In this document: piece by piece, positions 49,650 to 62,510 of the stretch
Layout: each line of letters starts with the position of its first letter
Position numbering within the stretch: the stretch's first letter is position 1
NCBI GenBank assembly: GCA_964252035.1
Contig: OZ176200.1
Source: Podarcis erhardii
Lineage: Eukaryota
Reading direction: 5' to 3' (one strand)
DNA: 64,000 bases
Notes under the pieces: generated by a model
Database searches by the model: none
Seen by the model: the letters and a program-made list of their open reading frames with translations, nothing else
Told to the model about the DNA's origin: nothing
Program-made: the position numbers and the translations under genes

Positions 49650-51486
49650 GTTCTGAGTAGAAAACTAACACCCAGTTCTAGAATGTTAACAGTCATTCAG
49701 CATTGTGCTAAATTGTAGTTTTCCTTGAGGGAAAAAAACAACAACGGAAGAAAGGTTTCGTTAGACCAACATAACAAGCTACTATACTGTGGTCAAAATA
49801 AAACCAGTCGGATGGAGGAAGCCTGTGGTGGTACTGCTGGCTATTTAGGAATAGTGTTTGTTGCTATGGGAACTACAGCTGAGGAACTGTACAGAGGGAT
49901 TTGGAGACAACTGGAAGGACTGGGGGAAAGCAGATTAATTGTTATGAAATTGTTATGAAACAGAGGAATTTTATATATATTGACTGTAAATCTCATAGCC
50001 CTGAGATTTCCGTTATTTCCTGCTTCCAATTAATTTGTGGAGAATAATATATTGTTAATGAGATTTTCAATTTCCATGATACTTTGGGCAAAGAACCACG
50101 GCGTTGGTGCAGCTTTCGTGAGATTCTTAGATATGCTTGACTAGGAAGTCATTACATCACATTTATCTGTTTGGATGTGGTGGAGACATTAACAGACTTA
50201 TGAATATTCATGTTGTCTGGTTAATTAAGTTAATTGTTCTGCAGGAGTGCTTGCACTTCCAAAGACATTTTCCCCCACAATTTCTGTCTGGTACCTTCAT
50301 CAGTCAGGCTTTACGTGAACTGGTACTTTTCCCCTTTCTCCCACACTTTAGCACCCTTTAGGAGAAGGTTTGGTTAGCAGGAACAGAAGCATTGGAATAG
50401 AAGTTTCATTTTATTGGTAGTGTTGTCCATTTTAAAAATGTGTCTTTTGTAATATGTTGGGAAACACCACAACTTAAGAAGCCGCAACATTGCCATTAAT
50501 AAGCAGTCTTTTAATTACCTCTGCACAGTGCTGTCACTTGGGAAATGAGAAATCCATTGGCTTGGATCCAGGATACGTTAGTTGTGCTTAGTTCCCATTG
50601 AAATCTGTGGAACTTAACATAGCTGTGATTAAATTTTTAGATTGATTTTAATGGACCTTAGTGCAACTAGGACTGCAGCCCTATACATAGTCACCTTGGG
50701 AGTAAGTCCTGCTGAGCTCACTGTGACTTATGAGTATACATGTATGTTAGGATTGTATTATAATTTAGCCTAGATCCAATCCTTTATTTCCATGGAATAA
50801 GTAGCCTTTAGTTACTGTTATTTGTTTGTATGCTAGTATTATTGCTAGGACCAAATACATGTTGAGCATCAGTGCAATAATAATATCATGGGACTGCAGA
50901 AATAATCAAAAGAATACATTACCTGGAGCCTTTGTTTCGTGGAGGGAGGCTGCATAGTGCAAAATATTTAATTAGACTTTGAATCTTTCACACAAGGATT
51001 GCTGAGATCCAAAGGTTTTATGTATTTTGACCTTGACATAGCATAACTTCTTATGTCAAAAAAACACAACTGGAGCTCTTCCAGGTGCATGTTTAGGATC
51101 TGTGTAACAGACAGGTTAGCTGTTGGAACTCACTCTTGTCCTAGATTAAAGCCAGAGTAGTAAATGGAAACAGGTCAGATCATGGCTGGCTTTCAAAATT
51201 CCAAGGCAAGAACCCCAGAAAGGAAAAGTTGAACTGAACATTGGCCACTGAGGCAACATGGGCTGGAGCCAGGCTTCTTGTGAATGAAGTTCTGTTCGTA
51301 GGTCACATCTGAAGGAATGGCAGGAAGAGGCAATTTTTTGCTGTTTCCTCCTTTGCCCTGTAGTCTCCTGTGCCCCCTGGAAAGCTCCTCTGGAGAGTTG
51401 GGGAATCCTCTGGAACAGCATAAGAGGTAGTGCTGGGGTGCAAGGGGAAAGATAAATGGGCAAGAATTGTCTTCCATAAGGAGGCA

Positions 51487-51725
51487 CAGTGGAACCTTGG
51501 GATACGTACCGTCCTTATGAATGCTTCGGGTAAGGAGCTCTGCTAACCTGAAAGTAGATGCTCCTAGTTGCGAACTTTGCCCCAGGATCTGAGCAGAAGT
51601 CGTGCGCCAGCAGTGTGGCAGCAGCAGGAGGCCTCCTCAGTGAAAGTGTGCCTCATGTTAAGAACGGTTTCAGCTTAAGAACGGACATCCGGAACGAATT
51701 AAGTTCATAACCGGAGGTAGCACTG
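51487..51725 (-). mobile_element. Tigger/pogo-type MITE, diverged copy in opposite orientation to 41710-41951
   Basis: The reverse complement of ~51605-51725 aligns with 41710-41830. Right end is cactg|TA; the left TSD is mutated. Confidence 0.8.
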
Positions 51726-51936
51726 TATGCTTCAAATTGTATGCTTTTTTAACATCTGGTTGTGAGACACTGCCATAACTCTACATTATAGAAATCAATT
51801 GACTTGGGCAAATGCTTTTACTAAAGGAATTCAGCTCCCCACTGGCTTAGAGGATTCATTTTGAAATATTCTCTTTTGTTAGAATGATCTTATTCACTTT
51901 GCTTTCATTCTTGGACACATTGTTGAATATTTACAG

Positions 51937-52011
51937 GTTCTACAAATATTTTGGCATATACTGTGAATGGCATACAACACACAGTAACTGCAACACTGCA
52001 CATAATAATGG
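51937..52011 (+). CDS. CERKL: CERKL coding exon 6 (75 nt)
   Basis: CAG| to |GTAAG. Encodes GSTNILAYTVNGIQHTVTATLHIIMG. Confidence 0.97.
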
Positions 52012-52869
52012 GTAAGTATCCTATATCTGAAACATTTTAGGAAAAGAATTGATTAAAAAAAAAACCCCATGCTAATTTCCATTAGGAGGAGCACTCACAC
52101 TTCTAATATACAAAGGTGAAAAGACTGCATTTGCATGAGGAGGGTGGAAGGAATTAATTTCCAATCTGCTGGGCAGGATGATTTTATTTTTATTTTATTA
52201 AATTTCTATACCACCCTTTATCCAAAGATCACAGGACAGTTTACAACATCCTCTGGTAGCATGTGACTAGCTCTACCTCTTTCGTCCTCTTGTATTTGTG
52301 AATGTGGGTTGAGGAAGAGGAACATTTGCATTCAGGTTACTTCAGAACCTTTTTGCATTTAGTAATATTAGTTTCAAATAACAATGTGGCACTTCCTAGT
52401 AAGATGCTTGGCATTGTTTTCTCAACATGAATGCACAATGCCATTATTTGTTAATTTCTGGAATAAAATCGAACAATAGCTTTGTTTCCAGTATGCATTA
52501 CAGTTAAAGAGAGGACCACTTCTAGGCATTATAATTACTGCTAAGCACGGCACCTGCCTTTCGAAGAGAGGATTACTTTGAACATTTCTTGCCATTGTTT
52601 GGAAGGAGGGTTTGTGACAAATGGTCCACTTTGCACTCGCATCCTTCCTTTGGCCTATTGAGAACTGCATACTATTTCTTTCACAGCTTGGTCTCCCACT
52701 TAAGTGACACTGACTCATTGTCCCACTGCGACAATGGCTCAAAGGACTCTAAGGAATGCTCTTATTTTGTGTGTTCTGCCTGCCCCCATTTCTTACAACT
52801 GTTCTATTGTTTCACATCCTCTTGTGAAAGGGAGTAGCAGTTGCTAATCTTGCTAGGAGGGCATTGGAG

Positions 52870-52995
52870 GCAGTCTCACTCTTAATCTCAGGGTCTTGGG
52901 TTTGAGCCCCACTTTGGGCTAAAAAATCCTGCATTGTAGGGTTTGGACTAGATGACTTGCATGGTCCCTTCCAACTCTACAATTCTCTGATTCTC
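52870..52995 (+). mobile_element. 5'-truncated tRNA-Lys-derived SINE with CR1-like tail (Squam3-like)
   Basis: ctcttaatctcagggt..gggtttgagcccca...ggactagatgac...ggtcccttccaactctacaattct. Confidence 0.8.
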
Positions 52996-53669
52996 TCTCT
53001 CTCTGAATTTTGAGTCTGAAATCACAGAGTATTCCAGATTCATGCTCACATTCTGTATGCCTTGTGCCAAAGTCTGTTCCAGGAATAATTGGTGGGTAAA
53101 CATTTAACTAGGAAAAGAAATTTCTTACTGGCTTATACATAAGACTGTCACTTTATTGGGAAACAGTGGGTATGGGAGTAATTAGTATTATTAAGATCTG
53201 CCCTAGAAATATATTTGAAAGATAGGGTAGAAATGCCTGCAATCAGTACAGGTTTTGCTCAAAATAAGCTATGTTTATTTGCAAGGGGAAAGACAACTCA
53301 GTGTAATAAAGGCACATTTAAATCAATGTGCTCTTTGTTTATTATGTTATGTTCACATGCTTACTTTGTGTTTGTGCTATTTTACCTGAATTCTAAGTAA
53401 TCTGTCTACTTCATAGCTGAAGGTTACAGATTTTCCACCTTTATTGGATTAATTGGAGTGACTTTCTGGAGTTAGAAAACAGAACATTTTCATTCATCTA
53501 GGAATTTAATATTGACAGAAATGTATATAGGGGTCCTGACTTTGCAGATATTTTAATTGCCTTTTAAAATTGATAAATACTGAGGACTCTCATTTGGTTG
53601 TGGGCCACCTTGAGGCCTGTGATGAAAGTTGAGGAAAAATGAAATAATATGTGTATGGTACCATTTCAG

Positions 53670-53847
53670 GGCATGTACAGTCAGTGGACGTGTGCACTTT
53701 CAGTAGTCCAACCAAGCTTCTTCGCTTTGGGTTTTCATCAATGTTTGGGTTTGGATCAAGGGCTCTGGCTTTGGCTGAAAAGCATCGTTGGATGCCATCA
53801 AGTCAGCGAAAAGATTTTGCTGTGCTCAAGACACTGGCAAGTCTGAA
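53670..53847 (+). CDS. CERKL: CERKL coding exon 7 (178 nt)
   Basis: CAG| to |GTACG. Encodes [60 protein letters not shown]. Confidence 0.95.
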
Positions 53848-54406
53848 GTACGATGAATTTGGTTTTTTAAAATTATGTTTGTGTTAGTTTTTAGTTTAGT
53901 TTTTTTTTTTTTTAAAAAAAAGAGTTGTACCATTTGGACCAAAACACATGATTTCATATTATTACCAGTTTGCAAAAGTTCAATGATTGTAGTTGGGTAG
54001 CATTAGTAGATATTATACAGATAATAATGACCAGTGGTGGCTGACCAGTGGCCTTCCAGCTGTGGTTGGGTCATTTTCCATCAGCCCTAGCCAGCCTGGC
54101 TGATGGACAGGGATGGCTGAAATTGTCATCCCACAATATCTGGAGGGACACAAATTAGGTACTCCTGATCTAGACTAATAACTACGGTTGGGTTGCAATC
54201 ATACCCAGCTCCGTGTCAGTAAACCCCTCCAAATTCAGTTCTCCAAAACCAGTGGGATTTACTGTGACATAGATATGTATAGGACTGGATTGTAAACCTT
54301 ACAGAATAGTAACGTGAAGAAAAAATTGTAATTGTTTAAACCTTGTTGTGTGCACACCTAATAAACATAAGATAAGATATAATAACTAATCTTGTTCTGT
54401 CCTTAG

Positions 54407-54466
54407 ACCAGAATATTGTGAATTATCATTTCTACCTTTGGAGCAAGATGTTCAGGGGGAGGATAC
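54407..54466 (+). CDS. CERKL: CERKL coding exon 8 (60 nt)
   Basis: TAG| to |GTAAG. Encodes KPEYCELSFLPLEQDVQGEDT. Confidence 0.92.
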
Positions 54467-54941
54467 GTAAGTAAGACTCAGACAAACAACCACAAGTCTG
54501 TATATTCCAAACTTTATCCTATAACAGTTGCAACCCAAGTTCAGCTAAGTTGTAATGAATGTAAGCACTGTTTGATTTCAATGCAATTTAAATGTGACAA
54601 GCATTAGTTGGATTGGGCCCATTGTATTGCAGATCATGTTTTCTTAAAGAAAATGATTAACCATGCACTTAGATATTATTGTTTCCGATTTTATTATAAG
54701 TAGTTCAGAGCTGTCACCAGCACACTCCGCCCCGAAAGCTTTAATCAGAATTCCTGTTGTTTTAGAAATAATGTGCTTAAGATCAAAATGAAATCCCACT
54801 TTTCTTTCAAACAATAATTTGCATTTCCTAGCTGAGTGTTCAGTCTTCAATTAAATCACAAACATGTTGTGCTTGTTTTTATTTTTTGTTCCACGTCATT
54901 CCGTGCCCATTAATTATTTTATCTGATGTGTTTATTTTTAG

Positions 54942-54967
54942 AAAGCAGCAAAAGAGACTTAAATCTG
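54942..54967 (+). CDS. CERKL: CERKL coding exon 9 (26-nt microexon)
   Basis: ttttttAG| to |GTAAG. Encodes KQQKRLKS and is needed to keep frame between exons 8 and 10. Confidence 0.88.
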
Positions 54968-55043
54968 GTAAGTTTCCAAGTTTAATCACTTAGCAGGAGA
55001 ATTAGGTTTTACTTGAAGTAATACGGTGTGGTGTTATATTTAG

Positions 55044-55152
55044 ACAGCAGGGATCACTGGCGCAGAATCCAGGGTCATTTCCTGAACGTGAGCATTATGG
55101 CAATCCCTTGCCTCTGCTCAATGGCACCAAGAGGCTTGGCACCTAATACCAG
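55044..55152 (+). CDS. CERKL: CERKL coding exon 10 (109 nt)
   Basis: TAG| to |GTCAG. Encodes [37 protein letters not shown]. Confidence 0.96.
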
Positions 55153-56554
55153 GTCAGTAAGGATTTACAGAATTAGAGTAATGTCTCTAAATTCTGACAA
55201 CTTATTCTAATGCCTTGGCTTTCCCAAGAATGCGTGCTTGTGTCATGAACAGTCTAGACCCTGTGAGGTTCATGGGGGGGGTGAAGATAGTTGAGTTGGA
55301 CTACCATTGACTCCCTAATCTCAGGAATTGTAATCAGTTTTTGGAGCAGGCAGCTGAGGTCACCCACCTAGAAATAATCATTGGATAATTACAGTGATTA
55401 AATTAGTTTACAAGTCTGACTTAAGTGGTAGTCATCAAGTAATAATCTCCCTGGGGCTTGTTGATAGGAAATCTAGTTCTTTAGATCTGACTGATTGATT
55501 GTTTCAATACTTTTCTTTCTTTGCAGTTTTCAGTATTTGTTACTACAATAACGTCATCTTGACAGTAAATCAGTCAGATCTTATTGAAGATACTTTGACA
55601 TAGTTTGACGGCAGTATTTGCAAAACTCTTAAGATTTCTATGGTGAAGAAGACAAACAATTTTAAGATTTTCTACCGGAGCTCACAATCTCAGGGTAGAT
55701 ATCAAACTGTGGTTGTGAGAAATAACTCTTTGGGTCCTCATCAGTCTCTTTAGTGTTCCCCAATGTGGCCAGTATAGGATCCTTGCCACAATCCACAAAA
55801 TTACTGCATTTCCTTCAGGTCAAGTAAGTTGAAGCCCTTAAGGGTTTGACTTGCTAGTAGCTGCCACTACATGTTACAACATCAGCATCTTACGCCATCA
55901 GTGGGACTGACTTGCATATGATTGCACTCCCACTGTACATACAGTTGAGGAATTGATCCAGCATGTGTTTCCTTTTCCTTTCTTGTAGTGCCTCCTACCT
56001 TTCATTTTGGGTAGAGTGTCTGTTTTGCCTAGGCTGAATTTGTGGCAGGCATTGGATTTAGTAACAAAGTAAAAAGGGTCATGTAGAAATATAGTTAGAA
56101 TGGTATTTTAACATACAAAATTGTACGGATAAAGGAGACTCCCAAGTCTGGAACAGAAACTATTGGTTAACATTATGTTTACAGAACCGAGGAGTGTGCC
56201 AGCGTTTTCCTGTTCCCACCTCTGATTTTACCAGAAGGGTGTTTTGTTATCAAAGTGAATCACAACAGGTCAATTACTAAAGGCTGCCCCAAATGAGAGT
56301 GAAGGAAAGACGGTTAGCACTGTAGAGGAGCTTGGACTGAGCATTTTCATTTTAAAATATTGGCATGGTAGAAATAATGGAGCCAATGAAGTAGTTACAT
56401 TATTTACAAAAATTGTTAGTTTTTATTTATTTCTGAAAATAAGTATAACCTGTAACCTCACTGATAATAAAAATAGATGATTTTGAATAAGTCAACAATG
56501 AGATCAAAGATAATTGTTTTGGTTCAATACTTTAATGAACTATGCCATTTTTAG

Positions 56555-56651
56555 ATTGAATGATGGAAGCATGGCGCTTATTGTTGTGCGGAACACTTCT
56601 CGTCCGGAGTTTGTTAAGCACCTGAAAAGATATGCTAGTGTGAAAAACCAG
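56555..56651 (+). CDS. CERKL: CERKL coding exon 11 (97 nt)
   Basis: TAG| to |GTAAA. Encodes [32 protein letters not shown]. Confidence 0.97.
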
Positions 56652-57259
56652 GTAAAGGTTTACTCTTATTGTCTCTGCAACTCATTTTGATTTGATTTCT
56701 TTAATCACTGTGCCCAACAGAGGACACAGAAGATGGAAATGTGCACAATACACCCCCCTCCCCCCCAAAAGAGTATCTAAAACATAACATGATGAAGCAG
56801 ACAAAACTTTAAGATGGGAAGTAAATGCTCCAGGAGATAGTAGTGCCTTGGTAAGGAGACTTAACCTCCTGTCAGAGTAGATTAGCCCACTTTTATCTGA
56901 TTTTTGAAAATCACCAATCAGACTAATACCGATTAGCCTATTTCCACCCATCTGTTGTGGTTTAGTTATATATGGTTCTTATATACAGGAGTTACTAGAG
57001 TGTAAAGCTGCTAAACTGATTTTAAAAGGGGGGTGGGGGTGGTAAACCAGAAACACTATTGTATTTAAACAGAGACTTCACTGAGATTAAGGGCAAGTGG
57101 AGACCCTACGTTTTGTGGGTGGGATTATTTTTTTTTAGTTTCACCAATATGCAGCGCACAGGTGGACAACATACACAAGCAGCAGGCAACCCAGTATCAA
57201 ACACCACAATTTATCCACAAAGCTTCAATGTACATGTTTGAGAGTGCATACATGTGTGC

Positions 57260-57266
<7 letters not shown>

Positions 57267-57308
<42 letters not shown>
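57267..57308 (+). repeat. (CA)n microsatellite
   Basis: Seen directly in the sequence. Confidence 0.95.
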
Positions 57309-57309
<1 letters not shown>

Positions 57310-58006
57310 CACTCATCCAGTTCAGTATATCTGGAGTCTTGGGGAAGGTGCTTATCCAGATTCATTCTGTAGTACTCAGCAATGAAGAGCATCACATTAA
57401 ATTGGATTGGGAATCCATATGGTTTTTTTGGGCTCTCAGCAGCCTCAGCCAGCATGGCAAATGGTTTGAGATTATGAGAGTTGTAGCCCAACGCCATCCG
57501 AAAGACCACAGGTTTCGCCCTGCCCAACCCCAAGATTTGGAAAGCAGGGGATTCAAGATACAGGGAATGAAGTATTATTCTAAATTAATGACCAGTGTGT
57601 TGAGTCTCCAGGTTAAGGCCACACTAAGGTTCATTGTCTTTGGGCACAACTTCTGGCTGATAAAGTGAACTGCAATGTGGGGCTTAGTGTGATGCATTGC
57701 TGCCATAAATCCAAAGGAAAAGAAGGAGCTTTACTTCATCTTATTGAAATGGATAAGACAAGTCCTCTTTAGGAGTTATCAGTAGCAGGAAACATGAGAG
57801 CAGGGGGAACGCAGGCTTTCTTGGTTCTTTTGCTTTTAAAACTACATGTTTAAGGAGATGCAGCTAAACTCTATGGAGTCATTTGAGATTATTACTCCAT
57901 CTTTTTTCTTTAATGAAATGAAAGCATAAGGTAACACCAATCCTATAAGGGGAGGGGGGAATGTCCTGTTATATTTACAAAATTGTATCTTCTGTTTTTG
58001 TGTTAG

Positions 58007-58179
58007 TTCAATTTTCCATTTGTTGAAGCTTTCATTGTTGAAGAGGTAAAAGTCCAATCAAGAACTAGAAAGGAACGCATCACTAGAGACAACTTGAATT
58101 CCATAGATCCTGAAGAAAAGAACTACCCATGGAATATAGATGGAGAGTTAATGGAATGGCCATCGGAAGTTTGTGTCCG
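58007..58179 (+). CDS. CERKL: CERKL coding exon 12 (173 nt)
   Basis: TAG| to |GTAGG. Encodes FNFPFVEAFIVEEVKVQSR...YPWNIDGELMEWPSEVCVR. Confidence 0.96.
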
Positions 58180-58200
58180 GTAGGGTGAAGTGTAGTGATA

Positions 58201-58203
<3 letters not shown>

Positions 58204-58238
<35 letters not shown>

Positions 58239-58255
58239 AGATTGATGATTGATTG
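58204..58255 (+). repeat. (GATT)n microsatellite
   Basis: Seen directly, 25 nt after the exon 12 donor. Confidence 0.92.
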
Positions 58256-58513
58256 TTGTAAGCACTAAGTGGTCCATTAATCAATGCCTGCTGTTCCTCT
58301 ATTTTTTAAAGTTTGATATACTATAGTTCAAGACTCTGAACTAGAGAATTGGCAAGTTTATCAAAAACCATGTTGAGTGTTTTGCTTAATCCCTGCGTTT
58401 TTGCTCCATTTTCTGTACAGCCCTGATGCTATTGTAGCTCTGCAAGTGCACACACAGAATGCAATACTGGAATTCCACACTGTGCTTCTGCATGAGTCTT
58501 TCTTTAGCCACTA

Positions 58514-58766
58514 CAGTGGTACCTCAGTTTACGAACTTAATCCATTCTGGAAATCCATTCCTAAACCAAAACCATTCTTAAACCGAGGTGTGCTTTCCCT
58601 AATGAGGCCTCCTGCCGCCGGTTCAGATTCCATTCAGATTCCATGGTTCAGATTCCATTCTTAGACTGAGGTAAAGTTCACAAACCGGGACACTACTTCC
58701 GGTTTTGGGGAGTTCTTAAACTGAATCGTTCATAAACAGGACTGCTCTTAAACCAAGGTACCACTG
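58514..58766 (+). mobile_element. Tigger/pogo-type MITE, diverged subfamily, TA TSD
   Basis: TA|cagtggtacctc...aggtaccactg|TA. Confidence 0.85.
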
Positions 58767-59711
58767 TATTCCATTAAGCAAAGTACTTTTGCCTTCTTCC
58801 TGGGCCATTGGTAATATTGGGATCCTTGGCTGGGGTCTTTGCTTCTGACTCCAGCCTGATGCTGCTGGCTGAGCCCTGCTCAGTGCCCTTTCCTCTGCCT
58901 TCTTTATCTAGACCCATACCTGGGACGGGGAGAGCTTGTACAATAAATAGAAGTCGAATCACACCAGCTCGCACCTGTATGTTGCCATTGTTGATAGACC
59001 ACATGTGAATTTTGGTAGGGTACAGACTGCATTCTGTGGATGTTAGGCCCGTATCCAGTGTGCCAAAATTGGGCAGTGCAGACTTAACATTATACCAATC
59101 CCTTATTATGCACATTGGAAATGTGTGCCTAGAGTTTAGTGCTGAGTGACACATTTCAACATCATTTTATGATACATTGTTCTCTTTAATAAATGCTTTA
59201 GGCCATATCTAACCAAATCACATAGCCCTGTAGGCCAGGAAATGTCACAAAATTGCAGTTGGATTTTACTTCCTTTCTGCATTCTGTTGTTGTGCCTGTT
59301 GTGATTGCATAGCAAAACCTTCAGCAGGCCATTGAAACCAGTAGTCCAGTTCTAGCTGATAGCATTGGTTTACTTCTCATGAAGGACAGACTTCAAAATC
59401 TCTGTCCTTGAAATTTCACTTGTGCTGTATTTAGTAGTGATGCTACATAGTTCAGAGTCAATTCAGTTTTACCAAGCTTGCTTGCTGCATGAATGACCCA
59501 TTGATATTAATTCCATACACAGATATCCCAGGCACTAAGGCGGACCCATATAATCTAGGAAAGTAACTTTATGAGAAATGTTTAGATTGTAATAGGAAGA
59601 GGATTTTTAAATTTTCTCTAGTTTATCCTGTGTGTAAATCTGTGCTCAGATAAAATGCCATAGCAATACTGCAGAGAAGTAATGGATTTCCTGTTTTCTT
59701 CCTATTACCAG

Positions 59712-59793
59712 GGTACATCCCCGATTAATTAATCTCTATGGCAAGAGTGTTGATGCAGTGGATAATCCAAAAGGATCATGCAGCTGTCTATAG
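59712..59793 (+). CDS. CERKL: CERKL terminal coding exon 13
   Basis: CAG| then VHPRLINLYGKSVDAVDNPKGSCSCL*, with stop TAG at 59791-59793. The joined CDS is 1692 nt (563 aa). Confidence 0.95.
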
Positions 59794-61577
59794 AAACAAT
59801 CTAGGAAGAGAAATTATGGTTTTTGCTGCTAAATCGAACAATTCAGTTTTATAGGATATGACTGGTGCAGATTGAAACCCAAGCTTCAATGAGGCAAATC
59901 CCCAACGCATACTTATTTCTGCAGGAAAACTGAATGGTTTTTATATACTTGATTGACATTTTTCAGAGACTGAGGAGAGGGGCTGCAGGGATACGCTACA
60001 CAGGTAAGGAAGGTGTGGGAGGTTGTGGGTTTGTGTGTGCCCTTCAGCAGAAGAGAGAGGCCCTGGAAATTGGGTTCTATGGCTGGTTTTTTTGCTTCTT
60101 TCAAAGCGGCAGTAGGCAGAACATTTAAGCCTCTCCACCTAAGCACACTTTAGGCAGGGTAGCATTCTTCACCCAAGCTCCCATGCATTACTCAGTGAGT
60201 CTAGCTTTTCCCATTACTTTTTATGACTTCCATTGTTTCAGTTCTGCAAACCATTCTGCACATTTCAGTACTGCTGGAAAAAGTGCGTTCCATTAAACAT
60301 TTAAGAAGACTCTTAAATTTTTTGCCATCTTCAGTCCCTCCCTAATGCAAATAATTAAGAAAAATGCTTAATTTTGGATTGTGGCCCTGTGAGAGCCAAT
60401 TACAGTTGAGTAAACATGTTATAGCATAACTGTACTTGTACCTTTTGGCTGCATTCCTGTGCATGCTTACCTGAGAGTAAATCCACCTGAATACAGTAGG
60501 ATTTTCTAATTGAATATGATTGCACTGGTAATCTTCAAGGTGGGGGCGAAACAACAAAACTAATTTTGCCAAGTAAGTGTTTTAGTGTAAATCCTACTCC
60601 TCCTAAGTATTCTGGAATAATTTGACAAATACTTCAAATACAAAAAAAGTGAATTTATTGAAGTTGGACTCTGAGCAGTTACAATTGATATGTGGATTTA
60701 GTTATTTTTAACTGGCAGAGCATTTTGAACTGACATGGTATCAGATCTTATTTGTATGCAAACTTTTATTGTTATTTTCATAACGACACTTTTATCCTTG
60801 TTTGTAAGTTAAATTATGACAACTTTCTAAACATTTGTGCGTCATTGAATTGGTAAAAAATGTAGATCCAGGTCACTTTTGTGCTATGTTTCAGAGTGTT
60901 TAATGCTGTTTTAAACTTTGAGGTATACTTTGTGACAGCACAATGATTTGGGAGTTAAAGTGCAGTGTTTCACCTCTGTCTCGAACCCTATTTTAAAAGA
61001 TGATAATTAAAATATATTGAACAACAAAATCTGCTCTAAATATAATTTCAGACCGCCTTATATAAACCTGCTCTTAAACAAAATAAATAGAATGGAAGGA
61101 ATATGACTGCTACATTTCCCTGATCAAAGAAGTCAGTGGGAGAAGAATTACTTCAATATAATTTTAATTTGGATGCTCTGATTGGATATATCTACAAAAA
61201 AAAATCAAAAAAAAATCTGGCAAACTGGAATCTAAAGACTGCACATTAAAAAAAATATATATCATAGATTCCTGGTTCTGATGGTTTTGTTCCATGAACA
61301 CACGCAGCTTCAGTTCACAGAAGGTGAGCTCCACGTAGGTGTTGGGGCAGCTATCTTGTGAATGGAAACTCCTATTCGCTAAGGATCCTGCAGTCTTGAG
61401 TTTCATTAGGGGCAGACCTATCCAAGCTTCTGAAATGCTGGAGAGATGGAAACCTCTCCTGTTAGGGGTAGCCAGCAGAAACCCTGAAATGAGGGAGTTT
61501 GGGGACAGGGCCATCTCAAAATCCTGTGCTGAATCTCATCCACCATCACCAGGGAAAGGGCCCAGGGCTTGGATTTA

Positions 61578-61815
61578 CAGTGGTACCTCAGGTTACATAC
61601 GCTTCAGGTTACATGCGCTTCAGGTTACAGACTCCGCTAACCCAGAAATAGTACCTTGGGTTAAGAACTTTGCTTCAGGATGAGAACAGAAATTGTGCTC
61701 CGGCGTCGCGGCAGCAGCAGGAGGCCCCATTAGCTAAAGTGGTGCTTCAGGTTAAGAACAGTTTCAGGTTAAGAATGGACCTCCGGAACGAATTAAGTAA
61801 CCCGAGGTACCACTG
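61578..61815 (-). mobile_element. Tigger/pogo-type MITE in the presumed ITGA4 3' UTR, TA TSD
   Basis: Reverse complement of 41710-41951, differing by about 9 substitutions and a 4-nt indel. Confidence 0.92.
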
Positions 61816-62510
61816 TACTCCTAAACCACTGTCACCTTCAGAAAGTAGATGCTGTGTTGTGGCACAAATATCAATTTTACATGCACGTGTTGGGGTGTAG
61901 AGGAGGGTGAAACAGCTGTGCTCATGTTGCGTCTTGGGTCCAGGTTTGCCCTGGAAAAATGCCCTATTTGTTTGTAGCCCTAAAAGTCCACGATAATATG
62001 GGATTGACAAAGTCCATACACTGATTGTACAGATGACCAAATTCATTAATTTAGTAGGGTCTCTTTCATGCAGATGTACATTAGATAACTTAAGCTCTGA
62101 TGTAGATAGAAAAAAAGGGTTTGTGTTTTTAATCATATAAAAAGGTACTGTTGGTTGCTGCATCCCAAGCCTGTTCATAATGTTGTTCCTTTTTATATAT
62201 TCAGCTGAATCCCTGGGCAGTGGAGCTATGCACTCTTAATTCAAGTATGATTCAAATGGCCAAAATTCGTTTTAGCAAGTAGTAGCTCTTTCATAGTGTT
62301 TTCGCTGGTTTTTCTTCATCTTTGGTGGTCTCGCTTATATTTGCCATTTTTCTTCAGACATCCTACGATTTGTATTGTAGGAAGCTGAGAAAGGTGAAAT
62401 CTTTCTTTTCACTTGGATATATCTATGGCAAGGATTTATGACATATCAATTCTTGCAAACGGTGCCTTCGATTAAAAAAATATATATCCATGTACTATGT
62501 AGAAAAACTT

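Noticed and set aside
49860-49873. RFX X-box match GTTGCTATGGGAAC in CERKL intron 5
   Set aside because: Isolated single motif next to repeat-like sequence, with no supporting cluster.
55041-55050. Tandem acceptors TAG-ACAG-CAG at CERKL exon 10
   Set aside because: The downstream AGs shift by 4 and 7 nt and break the frame; only the first fits.
57162-57668. 168-aa plus-strand ORF in CERKL intron 11
   Set aside because: Runs through a (CA)n repeat and decayed repeat sequence, with no domain or splice support.
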